A stretch of 64,000 nt of DNA, taken from the NCBI GenBank assembly GCA_964474085.1, contig CAYYRJ010000007.1, forward strand, positions 8,001-72,000, given 5' to 3'. The stretch's first letter is position 1. Every line of letters starts with the position of its first letter. Made by a program: the position numbers and the translations under genes. The notes below the pieces were generated by a model. That model had not been told where the DNA came from. It ran no database searches and worked only from the letters and a program-made list of their open reading frames with translations. Shown in pieces: positions 50,334 to 60,792 of the stretch. Source of the DNA: an uncultured Planctomycetales bacterium. Lineage in GTDB: Bacteria > Omnitrophota > Gorgyraeia > Zapsychrales > JANLHA01.

Positions 50334-50789
50334 TTAGATTTGATAATTCGAACTCATGCCTGAATTTTTGCTGTCTGTTTTTTCAATAACGTCTTCCAAA
50401 CTTGTTTTGTCGAGAATATTTGCGATCGCATCACGGACTTCCTTCATTACTATGCGTATGCCACAACAACTTTCCTCGCGACACTCATCGCATTTCCGAT
50501 AAGCGATTTGGCTAACACACGCCACAGGAGCCAAAGGGCCATCAAGAATTCTAATCACTTGTCCCATTTTTATGTCTTTTGGGTGCCTCGAAAGGGCGTA
50601 TCCTCCACCCTTGCCTTTTTTGCTTTCTAAGATTCCCTGTTTCTTGAGTTCCAACAAAATGGCTTCAAGAAATTTTTTAGGAATACGCTCTTCTTTGGCA
50701 AGATCAGCAATCAGCGCAGGGCCGCTGCGATAATGCTTAGCCAAGTAAATTAAAGCGTTTAAACCGTATTTTGTTTTCTTAGAAATCAT
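50334..50789 (-). CDS. Rrf2-family transcriptional regulator (IscR/CymR-like, with Cys cluster)
   Basis: The HTH (KYGLNALIYLAKHYRSGPALIADLAKEERIPKKFLEAILLELKKQGILESKKGKGGGYALS) and a C-terminal Cys cluster (CVSQIAYRKCDECREESCCG) are present. The ATG is at 50787-50789. Confidence 0.8.
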   Translation of the reverse strand: MISKKTKYGLNALIYLAKHYRSGPALIADLAKEERIPKKFLEAILLELKKQGILESKKGKGGGYALSRHPKDIKMGQVIRILDGPLAPVACVSQIAYRKCDECREESCCGIRIVMKEVRDAIANILDKTSLEDVIEKTDSKNSGMSSNYQI

Positions 50790-50899
50790 CTTTCCTATTT
50801 CCCTATGGATTTTATAGAGAATACATTTGAAAAAATTTTTTGTCAAGAATTATTTTTAAAAATTTTTCAAGAGGAATATAAACCCTTAAAAAGAAAGAG

Positions 50900-51895
50900 T
50901 TAATGCAGAAAGATATTTTTTCCCAACAAATACGCCAGAGCCGAAATCGAGGCGGCGCAGGGAATCGTGATGATCCACGCCCAAATAATTCGACCCGCAA
51001 CACCCCAGCGCACAGCGCTTAATCGACGCAAAGATCCGACGCCCATAATTGCACCGGTAATCGTATGCGTCGTGCTGACCGGAATTCCAAACGAAGACGA
51101 AGTAAACAGCGTGACCGCCGCGCCAAGCTCCGCGCAAAACCCGTCTACGGGACGCAATTTCGCGACTTTTTGTCCCATGGTTTTGACAATTCGCCAACCG
51201 CCAAACATCGTCCCAAGCGAAATCGCTGTATAACACGCAATAACGACCCAGCCGGGGACATGAAATTCTTTTCCCAATAAGCCGGCGCTAAACAATAAGC
51301 TTGCAATAATCCCCATCGTTTTTTGTGCGTCATTGCCGCCGTGGCCCATGCTATAAAACGCGGCTGAAACCAACTGCCCTTTACGAAAAAAATGATCCAC
51401 TTTGCCAGGAACACTTTTGTGAAAAATCCAATGAACAGCAATTCCAAACAAAAGGCCCAACAACAACCCAACAATTGGCGAAACGAAAATAAACGTCACT
51501 GTTTTTAAAATTCCCTTGGAGACAAGTGCACTAGGCCCAGCCTTGACCAAAGCGGCACCGATCATCCCGCCAATAAGCGCATGCGACGAGCTGGTCGGCA
51601 AACCAAAATACCATGTAATAATATTCCATCCGCAAGCACCAATCAAAATCCCAAAAACAACCGCCTGATCAATAATGGCAATGTCGATAATGCCTTTGCC
51701 GATTGTGTTAGCCACATGATGTCCAAAAAAGAAATACGCGACGAGATTAAAAAAGGCCGCCCAAATGACCGCCAGCCGCGGCGATAAAACGCGCGTAGAA
51801 ACAATCGTGGCAATCGAATTGGCTGAATCATGAAATCCGTTTAAGAAATCAAATAGAAGCGCCAGAATAATTAAAAAAATGATCGTTTCCGTCAT
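50900..51895 (-). CDS. pit: Inorganic phosphate transporter, PiT (PHO4) family
   Basis: The conserved PiT motifs GFHDSANSIAT and GANDAQKTMGII are present, each in one half of the protein. Confidence 0.88.
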   Translation of the reverse strand: MTETIIFLIILALLFDFLNGFHDSANSIATIVSTRVLSPRLAVIWAAFFNLVAYFFFGHHVANTIGKGIIDIAIIDQAVVFGILIGACGWNIITWYFGLPTSSSHALIGGMIGAALVKAGPSALVSKGILKTVTFIFVSPIVGLLLGLLFGIAVHWIFHKSVPGKVDHFFRKGQLVSAAFYSMGHGGNDAQKTMGIIASLLFSAGLLGKEFHVPGWVVIACYTAISLGTMFGGWRIVKTMGQKVAKLRPVDGFCAELGAAVTLFTSSSFGIPVSTTHTITGAIMGVGSLRRLSAVRWGVAGRIIWAWIITIPCAASISALAYLLGKNIFLH

Positions 51896-51897
51896 AC

Positions 51898-52527
51898 TTA
51901 TGCCTGCTTAACAAGAATAGATTCAACAACGTGCGCAACATCTTCGCAAATATCCAAAATCGTTTCGGCATCCTCATAAATCTCTTTCCACTTAATAATG
52001 GCAATCGCATCTTTTCCCGTCTCAAAAAGATCCATAATAACCGCATCGCGCATCGCGTCCCCGACATTTTCCAATCGATTAACCTCAACACAGGACTCTA
52101 AAATAGATTTGGAATTTTTCATCGAGCTAAGTCCCTTGACCGCTGCCGCAACCGCCCAAATCGACTCTTCAATGATTTTTGCAAAATCGATAAGATTTTT
52201 GTTGCCGCCTTCAATCTTATAAATCTTAATCCGCACGACCAAAGCGTCAACCATATCAATAATGTCGTCGAGCTCTTTAGTCAAAGCATGAATATCTTCG
52301 CGATCAAAAGGCGTAATGAACGTCTTGTTAAGCCGCTCCATAATTTCATGGCAAGCTTCATCGCCCTGATGTTCCAAAATCTGAATACGTTTAAAATGCG
52401 CTTCTGAGATAACCCCAGGCGTTACCGCAATTTCTCTTAAGGTCTTGGCCGCCTCAACCGCATGGTCGACCTGCTTATTAAATAATTCAAAAAAATTAAA
52501 ATCTTTTGGCAAAAACCTAAAAAACAT
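51898..52527 (-). CDS. DUF47 / PhoU-like Pit accessory protein
   Basis: 209 aa, helical with PhoU-like repeats (…HEIMERLNKTFITPFDREDIHAL…). It is adjacent to the pit gene, with a 3-nt gap. Confidence 0.75.
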   Translation of the reverse strand: MFFRFLPKDFNFFELFNKQVDHAVEAAKTLREIAVTPGVISEAHFKRIQILEHQGDEACHEIMERLNKTFITPFDREDIHALTKELDDIIDMVDALVVRIKIYKIEGGNKNLIDFAKIIEESIWAVAAAVKGLSSMKNSKSILESCVEVNRLENVGDAMRDAVIMDLFETGKDAIAIIKWKEIYEDAETILDICEDVAHVVESILVKQA

Positions 52528-52565
52528 TTTTTCCTCCTCGATTAAGAAATTTATTAATCAATACG

Positions 52566-53354
52566 CTACCGAACGCTTTTAAGGCTATGGTGTTTGCTGA
52601 TAAAAAACTTCTCTTGTCCAATCGGTACAAAATTAAGCGAAACATTATAAAACAAATCAAAATTATCAGCCAGCCCATCGATCGCTTGCCCAGACCCTGA
52701 TTTTGTACTACCCTGAGCATTCTTGATCCGCTTATTACTAAGAGCTATCAATTTATAACTATTGTCAACGACCTTACGAAAAATGAGAACGCTCAAAGCT
52801 CTGTACTTCTCTGCCAACTCCTTGGGCCACAACTGAATATAATCCAATTGCATGCTCTCCTGAAGATCTTTTTGTGTCAATCGCGCAGATTTTGCAAAAT
52901 GCTCACTTGCCATAGTGTATTGACCCCGCTTAAAATAAACAAGTCCCAAATTATAATTTAACCAAAACTCTTTGGGCTCAAGCTCAATGGCTTTTTTAAA
53001 ATACACAAGCGCCTCCTCGGTGTTATTAAGATAATAATCACACGTGGCCATCATCGCATAGACGCGGCTTAAGGCCGTCGGCTTAAAAACCATGTCACTT
53101 TTTTCATAATAAGAGATCGCGTAAGAAATAGCTTGATAATATTTTTTGGCACGCCGAAACTCTTTTTGGTCAAAAACAGCGCGGCGGGTCAAATACATAA
53201 CCGGATACTCTGCGGAATCTTGCAAAAAATTTACACGCGCCAATTTGACCTTTTCGACATCAACGCATAAAACAAGCAACAGTCCAATCAGGCAATAATA
53301 CGCGCCCACACGGGAAAAACATTGACGAAAAAAGAAAACACCGGCCCGCAACAT
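52566..53354 (-). CDS. Membrane-anchored TPR-repeat protein
   Basis: N-terminal TM segment and TPR-like repeats (AISYAISYYEKS…, ALVYFKKAIELEPKEFWLNYNLGLVYFKRGQY). Confidence 0.55.
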   Translation of the reverse strand: MLRAGVFFFRQCFSRVGAYYCLIGLLLVLCVDVEKVKLARVNFLQDSAEYPVMYLTRRAVFDQKEFRRAKKYYQAISYAISYYEKSDMVFKPTALSRVYAMMATCDYYLNNTEEALVYFKKAIELEPKEFWLNYNLGLVYFKRGQYTMASEHFAKSARLTQKDLQESMQLDYIQLWPKELAEKYRALSVLIFRKVVDNSYKLIALSNKRIKNAQGSTKSGSGQAIDGLADNFDLFYNVSLNFVPIGQEKFFISKHHSLKSVR

Positions 53355-53358
53355 GAAT

Positions 53359-55551
53359 TTATTTTTCCTTTATTCTTAGCCACAAAAGATAAATCAAAAG
53401 AAACACCAAAACAATCGCAAGCCAAACAGAACTAAACAACACATCAGCCGGCCTATACTGCAAATCAATTTCATTAACCCCCGGCGGCAAATATATTCCC
53501 TTAAAGGCCATATTCGCTCGATAAATAACAGCCGGCTTTCCATTGATTAATGCCTTCCAATCTTTATGATAACTGTCTGTATAAACCAAAAACTTCTCGT
53601 CGGGAAAATGCGTCTGGATCTTAATTGAATTGACATCAAAGGAAAGCACCTTAAATAAGTCAGAAGGGCCGCGGACAATCGAAACTGGTTTTAAAAGCGC
53701 CGCAGGGATTTTTGTCATCAAGCCGGACAATTGCTCCACACTCTCTCCAGGAGCAACAAAAGCCACATTGCGTTCTGTTCTAAAACTGTTTGCAAGGTCT
53801 TGAAAATTCCCAATATTTCTTAAAATATCGACGGCATCATAAATATAAAATTTATTGGCTGTATATTTCTGCAAATCATCAAAGGGAACTTTCACCGTCA
53901 ATTCATAAGACCAAAATGTCGGAAAACCGTTTTCATAAAACCGAGTCGCATCTGTCATCTTAATGCGCGATATCTCAGCATTGTCGCTACTGGTGGCCTG
54001 CGCTAAATTCATCCGCGTATAAACAAAAACCGGCTTAACAGAAGAAACGGCAAGACAATCCACAGTCGATTCTTTGCTCATATAGCTTGTATAGGAAGAA
54101 GCCCGTCGCCCACTTTGATTATGCCGCCAAATCACTTCAAACGGCTGGACAACAATGCTTAAAAACAGTAGGGCCACTAACAAAGCTTCGTTTTTGCGTT
54201 TTTTGTCAAAAACAAATACGGACCAGAACAAAAAACTTAACCCTAAAGCTAAAAACGAAGAAACAATAATATTTTTTTGACTACCTAAAAAACCCGCAAG
54301 ACCAAGATGGACCAAGACAAGAAAAACAAAAAACGAAATGCGATATTTCTCAATAATAACCTTGCGCTTTTCAAAAAGAATACGGATTTGCTCAGAAACA
54401 AATAATGTTAAAACCCCCAGAAAAAAAGGAAGAAAAAAATGCATATTGCGTATTAACTTAAAATAAACAACATGATCAAATGCCAACCGATGCAATCCTG
54501 CGCCCGACGACATCATCAAAAGAAATAGTATCAGAGCCGCCCCCAGGCAAACCGCGAGAACTTTGGTCATGCTAAGCACTGCTCCCAAAATTAAAACTAT
54601 ATAAACAAAAAGAGAGACATAAAAAAAGCAATCGTCCCCGTATTGGATGCTGTCCAAATTCGCATAAAGATCTTCGATATCCATCCGGCTCGCAAAACCA
54701 ATCTTGGAAACTTTCTCGTAATCCATAAAATCAACCCCTACGTTTTTTTGACCGGCCCCATTTCGAAAAGGCGCAACCACTTGATTGCTAACGGTACTTT
54801 GGTACGCTTGGTAGCCGGGAATAACCGCAAGGACAAGAACTCCAAAGAAGAAAACAACTAACGTCACGCGTCGATAAATAAATTCAGCTATCGGCGTAAA
54901 GACTGTTTTTATTGCAGGGAAATTAAAAAACAGTGTCCCCGCCGCGCTGATAATAAAAACCGTGAGAAAATAAAACGGCAAATAAGACGTCAAAATCAAT
55001 GACGCCGCAAAAATAAGCCCTGCCAACATCAAGCAAGAAGGTTTTTTAAAAAAAGAAATCAGGAAATAAAAGAACCATATCGCAGGGATATAAATCAGCG
55101 GGGTGTGAAACTGACCAAACATCGAGAGACTTATTGTCGAAAACAAAAACAATAGAAAAGCTATGTATGCGGCGCGTCCATCCTTCAAAATAATTTTTGC
55201 TAATAGATAAAACCCTAACTGTCCGATCCAAAAATACACACTGATCGTATACAAAAAAGACGGATAAAAACTTAAGCCCAATGTATTGAAAATAATCGTC
55301 AAAAGCCAAAGAGGATTAAAGATCCCAACATAATTTAGAAGGATTTGCGTCGGAGCGCCCCACATAACAAACGGATCCCACAGAGGAAAAACGCCAAGCT
55401 TCACATTGTCGACATAGAACTTAACAACCGCATAAATATGCAGTGTTTCAAAACCAATAAAAGCCTCCCTCAAGAAAATAGGCTTAAAAAGAAAGCACCA
55501 GATTCCAAACGGGATGAAAAACTTGAAGAATGTTTTTATTTTATTTTTCAA
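53359..55551 (-). CDS. Large polytopic membrane protein (putative glycosyltransferase / YfhO-like, uncharacterised)
   Basis: 730 aa and more than 12 TM helices in the first 450 aa, then an extracytoplasmic C-terminal domain. No catalytic motif can be assigned from sequence alone. Confidence 0.35.
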   Translation of the reverse strand: MKNKIKTFFKFFIPFGIWCFLFKPIFLREAFIGFETLHIYAVVKFYVDNVKLGVFPLWDPFVMWGAPTQILLNYVGIFNPLWLLTIIFNTLGLSFYPSFLYTISVYFWIGQLGFYLLAKIILKDGRAAYIAFLLFLFSTISLSMFGQFHTPLIYIPAIWFFYFLISFFKKPSCLMLAGLIFAASLILTSYLPFYFLTVFIISAAGTLFFNFPAIKTVFTPIAEFIYRRVTLVVFFFGVLVLAVIPGYQAYQSTVSNQVVAPFRNGAGQKNVGVDFMDYEKVSKIGFASRMDIEDLYANLDSIQYGDDCFFYVSLFVYIVLILGAVLSMTKVLAVCLGAALILFLLMMSSGAGLHRLAFDHVVYFKLIRNMHFFLPFFLGVLTLFVSEQIRILFEKRKVIIEKYRISFFVFLVLVHLGLAGFLGSQKNIIVSSFLALGLSFLFWSVFVFDKKRKNEALLVALLFLSIVVQPFEVIWRHNQSGRRASSYTSYMSKESTVDCLAVSSVKPVFVYTRMNLAQATSSDNAEISRIKMTDATRFYENGFPTFWSYELTVKVPFDDLQKYTANKFYIYDAVDILRNIGNFQDLANSFRTERNVAFVAPGESVEQLSGLMTKIPAALLKPVSIVRGPSDLFKVLSFDVNSIKIQTHFPDEKFLVYTDSYHKDWKALINGKPAVIYRANMAFKGIYLPPGVNEIDLQYRPADVLFSSVWLAIVLVFLLIYLLWLRIKEK

Positions 55552-55767
55552 CGTGACAAAAACCTATGGCTTGAAAAAACTTCGCTAAAAATCATGAAGA
55601 ATATTTGCTATTATCCACCCACAAGACGACAAGTCAAGGGACAAGAAATCATATACGTAGAACTACGTATAAGTTTAAAAAATAAATTGTACAATTTAAA
55701 ATGTTTTTTGATATACTGCATTTCGCTGTTGCGTTGCATTTTAAAAAATTAAATATTTTTTATCTAA

Positions 55768-57315
55768 ATGATCAGTCAAAAAGAAAAGCCAGCGGTTCTT
55801 CTTCTGTATCCTAAAACAGGAATGGACTTTGGGTCCACCATCGCCCCGCCACACGCTTTACTGACAATTGCCGCCCCTGTTCTTGCAGCCGGCTACAGTG
55901 TTAAAATCCTCGACCAGCGCGTCGAATCGATTACCCAAGAAATTCTCGAAAATTATTTATCAACGGATACTATTTGTGTCGGCATCTCTTCGATGACTGG
56001 GACACAAATTCTTTATGCACTTAAACTCGCACAAATGGTGCGCGACATCGTTGGCAACAAAGTCCCGTTGGTTTGGGGTGGTTGCCATCCTTCCGTGGCG
56101 GCAGAGCAAACTCTCAAGCACAAAAATGTCGATATTGTTGCCATCGGGGAGGGTGACGAAACTTTTATCGAGCTCGTCGAAGCCTTGGCGCACAAACGCA
56201 GCCTTAGAAGCGTTAAAGGAATTATGTACAAGGACGGCCCGACATTTGTCAAAACCGATTGCCGACCACTTTTGGATGTCGAATCGCTTCTTCCCACGCC
56301 GTGGGAACTGATTCCCGTCGAAAAATATATTCACCGCGATATGTACGTCAATTCCAAAACACGGGTTTTGGATATCGGACAAACCAGCCGCGGCTGTCCT
56401 TTTAACTGCGGATTTTGTTCGAGCGCTTCGCTGCGCGAGAGAAAATGGCGTGCTGTCTCGGTCAACAAAACGTTGGCGCGCATTGAGGATGAAATCAAGC
56501 GTTTTAAGCTCGACGGGATATGGCTGCGCGATGACGAATTCTACATCAACCGCAAACGCGCCACGGATATTTGCCAGGGATTTATCGACAAAGAATTTAA
56601 CTTGAGTTTTTATACCTCCGGAACGCGGGCGGATGTTTTTATGAAAGCGTCCGACCAGGACATTGATATTCTCAAACGTTCAGGCGCGCATACCTTAAAG
56701 TTTGGCGCTGAGTCCGGATCGCAGCGTATTCTGGATTTGATGACCAAAGGCATTGTTGTCCAACAGACGCTTGATTCAAATGAACGCTGCAAAAAGTTTG
56801 GAATTACACCGGTCTTTGGGCTTATGGTCGGCTATCCGACGGAAACATTTGCAGAAATCAACCAGACGATTGACCTTGGCTTTCGCATCAAAAAAGAAAA
56901 TCCCGGAGCCCAGCTTGAGACGATGGCTATTTTTACACCGCTTCCGGGGACCCCGGATTTTAACTTGTCCTTAAAGCATGGACTTATTCCCCCGCAATCA
57001 TTAGAAGAGTGGGGCGACTGGATTTTTGACGATTACGATTTGGCCGGACGAAGAAATCCCTGGTTTGACTTAAAAGGCCGTATGAAATTAGGGAACATTT
57101 CTTACATGAGCATTTTGGCTCATGCACTCGAAAATGTTATGGGAAGCTTACACAACAAAAGCCTGCGGTATATTGCAACACGTCTTTCTAAACCTGTCAG
57201 CTATTACTACACCCAAAAATTGAATAATAAAATGTATAATTTCGCGCCGGACTTAGGGTTAGTCCGTCATTTGCGCCATGAGCTTTTTTATAAAAGCGAC
57301 TTTACCATCAATTAA
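55768..57315 (+). CDS. B12-binding domain radical SAM protein (class B rSAM)
   Basis: N-terminal cobalamin-binding Rossmann (VLLLYPK…, [13 protein letters not shown]…[11 protein letters not shown]) followed by a radical SAM core with CPFNCGFC (CxxxCxxC). Confidence 0.85.
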   Translation: MISQKEKPAVLLLYPKTGMDFGSTIAPPHALLTIAAPVLAAGYSVKILDQRVESITQEILENYLSTDTICVGISSMTGTQILYALKLAQMVRDIVGNKVPLVWGGCHPSVAAEQTLKHKNVDIVAIGEGDETFIELVEALAHKRSLRSVKGIMYKDGPTFVKTDCRPLLDVESLLPTPWELIPVEKYIHRDMYVNSKTRVLDIGQTSRGCPFNCGFCSSASLRERKWRAVSVNKTLARIEDEIKRFKLDGIWLRDDEFYINRKRATDICQGFIDKEFNLSFYTSGTRADVFMKASDQDIDILKRSGAHTLKFGAESGSQRILDLMTKGIVVQQTLDSNERCKKFGITPVFGLMVGYPTETFAEINQTIDLGFRIKKENPGAQLETMAIFTPLPGTPDFNLSLKHGLIPPQSLEEWGDWIFDDYDLAGRRNPWFDLKGRMKLGNISYMSILAHALENVMGSLHNKSLRYIATRLSKPVSYYYTQKLNNKMYNFAPDLGLVRHLRHELFYKSDFTIN

Positions 57316-57317
57316 CT

Positions 57318-57596
57318 ATGGAAAATACTCTACTTAGCAATGTTCCAATTGTTGAAAAGCAAGAAAACAAAATTTCTAGTCGGCCTCGCGTCGAAATTAT
57401 TGGGCCTCGAGAAGTTAAGACAACGATTCTTACCAAAGTTTTGATCCTTTTGGCGTCCGTGATCCTGATGTTCGCCACGTGCCTGCTCATTGCTTATCTG
57501 CACGCCTACAAAATTTTTAGAAAATTTAAACTCGCCGATCCGTTCCACGATTCACGCAAGCATCCGCTCAATGACCCGCATGCCCCGCGCGGATAA
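57318..57596 (+). CDS. Small single-TM membrane protein, translationally coupled to the rSAM gene
   Basis: Starts 3 nt after the rSAM stop. One TM helix (LILLASVILMFATCLLIAYL) and a His/Pro-rich tail. Confidence 0.4.
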   Translation: MENTLLSNVPIVEKQENKISSRPRVEIIGPREVKTTILTKVLILLASVILMFATCLLIAYLHAYKIFRKFKLADPFHDSRKHPLNDPHAPRG

Positions 57597-57631
57597 TAAA
57601 CAAAGCCTTCCACATCCAAAATGTATTTTTA

Positions 57632-59329
57632 TCAACGAGATAATGTCGCAGAAGTCTTTTTGAGAACAGGGTGTTGCGGTAAAACATTTTGTAAAATCGC
57701 ATCAGCAATATTTTGTGCCATCAGCCTGCTTCCTCTTGGCGTGAAATGACCGAAATCGCCAAAAATCCGATCCCGAAAATAATCATAATAGGTCGCCTGC
57801 TTTAACGCTGCCTTAAACGACGTCTGGGTATCAACATAAATAACATTGGACGAGGAACCCAGCATGAGCTTTAGCTGATTAATATTAAGATTTGGATATT
57901 GTACGGCAACCAAAGGAATCCGGTTAGCAGAAGAAACATCCAAGATTTTTTGATAATATTTTTTTGTTTCCTGATTATAAGTATTTTCATAACTGTTTAA
58001 CCGCGCCTTTAACTTTTGTGCTTTTTCCAGCTGATTTTGAGCGGTATAAACAGTAATTAAACCAGAAAGGCTCTCCACGTCTGTGCCGACATAAAAATCA
58101 TCTTCCAGACTTTTTTCATCGGGAATTTTTAATGCCGTAAGAAAAACCTCTTGTGCCAAAGCATATTTTTTATCTTCAATAAAATAAGCCCCCAATTGCG
58201 TATAAAATATCTTTTTGTGAGGATTACTCTGAATGGCTCTCGACAATATCTTCTGCGCAGATGCAACGTTTCCTAAGGCGCGATAACAATAGGCAAGCTG
58301 CAGCCAAGATTCGGCTTCGTCCGATTTTATACTCAGCGATTTCTGATAATTAGCAATTGCTAATTCATATTGCCCTCTTCGAACATAACATCCGGCCAAT
58401 CCATTGTAAAAAATATAATTTCCCGGATAAAAAGATAGCGCCTCTTGATAATTAGCAATTGCTAATTCATATTGCCCTGTATCATGATAGCAATTCCCTA
58501 AGTGGCTATAAAACAAGGTTTTGTCCGACGCCATCGAGTTTGGACAAAAACGCAAAGCCTTAGCAAAAGCGTCAATCGCGCGCGAATAATCAACGAGTTG
58601 AAGATAATGTTTCGCAATAAAATACCACGCCTTATAATTATGCGGGTCCAGAGCAACCGCCTTTTCAAAATATCCCAAAGCTTTTTCACTCTGATTAATT
58701 GCGCGATAATATTGTCCAACTTCCGTGTAAGCGCGCGCGCTGGGATTTATTTTTAAAGCTCGCTCAAATTGTTCACCCATCTTTTCTTGATTCTTGGATA
58801 GCCCTATTGTCTGCGGGTGGCTTTGGGGCATCGCTCTGGCGCGAAGCGTTTGCTGCCATAAATCTGCAATCATTTGAGCGACATGAAAATGTTTAGTCAA
58901 AATATTGTTCGGCTTCGGAAGAAACATCGTCGAAGAAGTTGGCGTATAAGTATCAATAGCGCCCAACAATGTTGTAATAACATCTGGGCGATATTTCTTA
59001 ATAAGCTCCTCGATTTGTCCGGCAACCATCGAAGTATTAGCGTTGGGAATGCCATGATTAATCACGGCGACTTTCCTGTCCAAAAAACTAGCACTTAAAA
59101 TTTCTTGCAATTGACTAGGATACGTATTGCGCCCGCCGACGGCTGTTTCTGACGCACCTAAGCAAAGAATCCGAAACTCATTATTAGTTTTAATATTTCG
59201 CCAATTGTAAAATTCTTGCATGGAAATAAATAGAACCCCTCCCAAGCGAAGAATTCCTTCTAAAAAAATAAAAAATAGAGAGATTTTCAAAAAAGCTCTC
59301 CAAAATATAGGCAACTTTGACAGTTTCAT
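57632..59329 (-). CDS. Membrane-anchored SGNH/GDSL-like hydrolase or acyltransferase with a TPR array inserted between catalytic blocks
   Basis: N-terminal TM. Block I is a GDS(L)-like motif (RILCLGASETAVGG). At least 7 TPR/Sel1-like repeats follow (residues ~190-400). The C-terminal block V is DxxH-like (GDFGHFTPRG). The gene is adjacent to the MBOAT gene. Confidence 0.55.
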   Translation of the reverse strand: MKLSKLPIFWRAFLKISLFFIFLEGILRLGGVLFISMQEFYNWRNIKTNNEFRILCLGASETAVGGRNTYPSQLQEILSASFLDRKVAVINHGIPNANTSMVAGQIEELIKKYRPDVITTLLGAIDTYTPTSSTMFLPKPNNILTKHFHVAQMIADLWQQTLRARAMPQSHPQTIGLSKNQEKMGEQFERALKINPSARAYTEVGQYYRAINQSEKALGYFEKAVALDPHNYKAWYFIAKHYLQLVDYSRAIDAFAKALRFCPNSMASDKTLFYSHLGNCYHDTGQYELAIANYQEALSFYPGNYIFYNGLAGCYVRRGQYELAIANYQKSLSIKSDEAESWLQLAYCYRALGNVASAQKILSRAIQSNPHKKIFYTQLGAYFIEDKKYALAQEVFLTALKIPDEKSLEDDFYVGTDVESLSGLITVYTAQNQLEKAQKLKARLNSYENTYNQETKKYYQKILDVSSANRIPLVAVQYPNLNINQLKLMLGSSSNVIYVDTQTSFKAALKQATYYDYFRDRIFGDFGHFTPRGSRLMAQNIADAILQNVLPQHPVLKKTSATLSR

Positions 59330-59330
59330 A

Positions 59331-60764
59331 TTAAAATTGATAATAAATAAATTGTTCCGCCGTCATAACCCCGAACCCCAACATCAAGTACGTCATCAAA
59401 GCATAAGAAAATATCTTTAATATCCAATGCTGTCTATACAAGAAAAGCTCGTCGTTAGTCCGCCACTCGCCAAGCTGAACAAGCAACAAAGGAATCGAAA
59501 AAACAACCAACTTTTGCAACAGGCCAAGCGCGTTTTCATTAAGATCAAAATTAAAAAAAAGATTTTGTGTCAGCAAACCAATATGAATAAATCCAGCCGA
59601 ACGAAAGATCAAAAAACCCAGCATGGTGACATGAAACATAATCACAATGCGAATAAATAAAAAAGCCTTGCTTATCCAAGGCGACGAAAAAAGGACCGGA
59701 GAACGGAATTTGCCGCGGAAACCCATGTAAATTAACAAAACAGAACCATTATAAATTCCCCAATAAATATATTTCCACGCGGCGCCATGCCAAAAACCCA
59801 TAATCGTCATCGTAATTAAAATCGTTATATAAACACGAACATTACCTGAAATATTCTTCAGGGCGATAAAAACAGGAAAATAAACGTAATCCCGGATCCA
59901 ATGGCTCAAACTCATATGCCATTGATTCCAAAAATCTTGCGGGTTTGTAACAAAAAATGGTTGCCGAAAATTAATAATCGTTTCAAAACCCATCAGCTTG
60001 CCTAACCCGCGAGCAATATGGCTGTACCCTCCAAAATCGCAAAAAACTTGCAAGCAAAAAGCATAGGAAGCGAAAAGCACTTCTGCACCGCTGGGTAAAG
60101 CCGAAGGATTAAAAATGGGCTCAACGATTTTGGCCAGATTGTCAGCAATAAAAATCTTTAAAAACATCCCATAAAAAATCAGATGAGCTCCCTCGAGAAA
60201 AAGGGCTAAAGTAACTCGCCGAGATTTTGCAATCTGTGGGAGCAGATGCTTGGCCCGCTCAATGGGGCCCGCCAAAAGCTGAGGGAAAAAAGCGACAAAA
60301 AGCGCGTAATCAAAGAATTTTCGAGTTGGAATTATTTCCCGACGATAAATATCAATCGTATAGCTCATCGTCTTAAAAGTATAAAAGGATATCCCAATCG
60401 GAAGAAAAATCTTTAAGCTAATCGACGGAACAGAAATATGCAGCAATTCGAGCACAGCCATGCAGTTGTCTAGGAAAAAATTGAAATATTTAAAAAATCC
60501 GAGGATGCAAAGATTTCCCGCGAGACTCAAAAACAGAAAAAGCTTCCTTTCTCTTTGTTGTTGGGCTTCGGATATTTTAATGCCACAGAAGAAATCCAAA
60601 ATCGTCGACGCCATAATAAGCAAAAGAAAGCGCCAATCCAAAAAACCATAAAAAAAATAACTGGCAACAAACAAAAGGCTGTTTTGCCATTTATGATTAA
60701 AAATCAAATAAAGGCTGTAAACTAAAACAAAAAAAACAAGAAACTCAAAAGAATTAAACAACAT
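59331..60764 (-). CDS. MBOAT-family membrane O-acyltransferase (DltB/AlgI/PatA-like)
   Basis: About 10 TM helices and the conserved MBOAT His region (…FWNQWHMSLSHWIRDYVYFP…). Confidence 0.85.
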   Translation of the reverse strand: MLFNSFEFLVFFVLVYSLYLIFNHKWQNSLLFVASYFFYGFLDWRFLLLIMASTILDFFCGIKISEAQQQRERKLFLFLSLAGNLCILGFFKYFNFFLDNCMAVLELLHISVPSISLKIFLPIGISFYTFKTMSYTIDIYRREIIPTRKFFDYALFVAFFPQLLAGPIERAKHLLPQIAKSRRVTLALFLEGAHLIFYGMFLKIFIADNLAKIVEPIFNPSALPSGAEVLFASYAFCLQVFCDFGGYSHIARGLGKLMGFETIINFRQPFFVTNPQDFWNQWHMSLSHWIRDYVYFPVFIALKNISGNVRVYITILITMTIMGFWHGAAWKYIYWGIYNGSVLLIYMGFRGKFRSPVLFSSPWISKAFLFIRIVIMFHVTMLGFLIFRSAGFIHIGLLTQNLFFNFDLNENALGLLQKLVVFSIPLLLVQLGEWRTNDELFLYRQHWILKIFSYALMTYLMLGFGVMTAEQFIYYQF

Positions 60765-60792
60765 AAAAAACTTACTCCAGATTAACCGGCGG

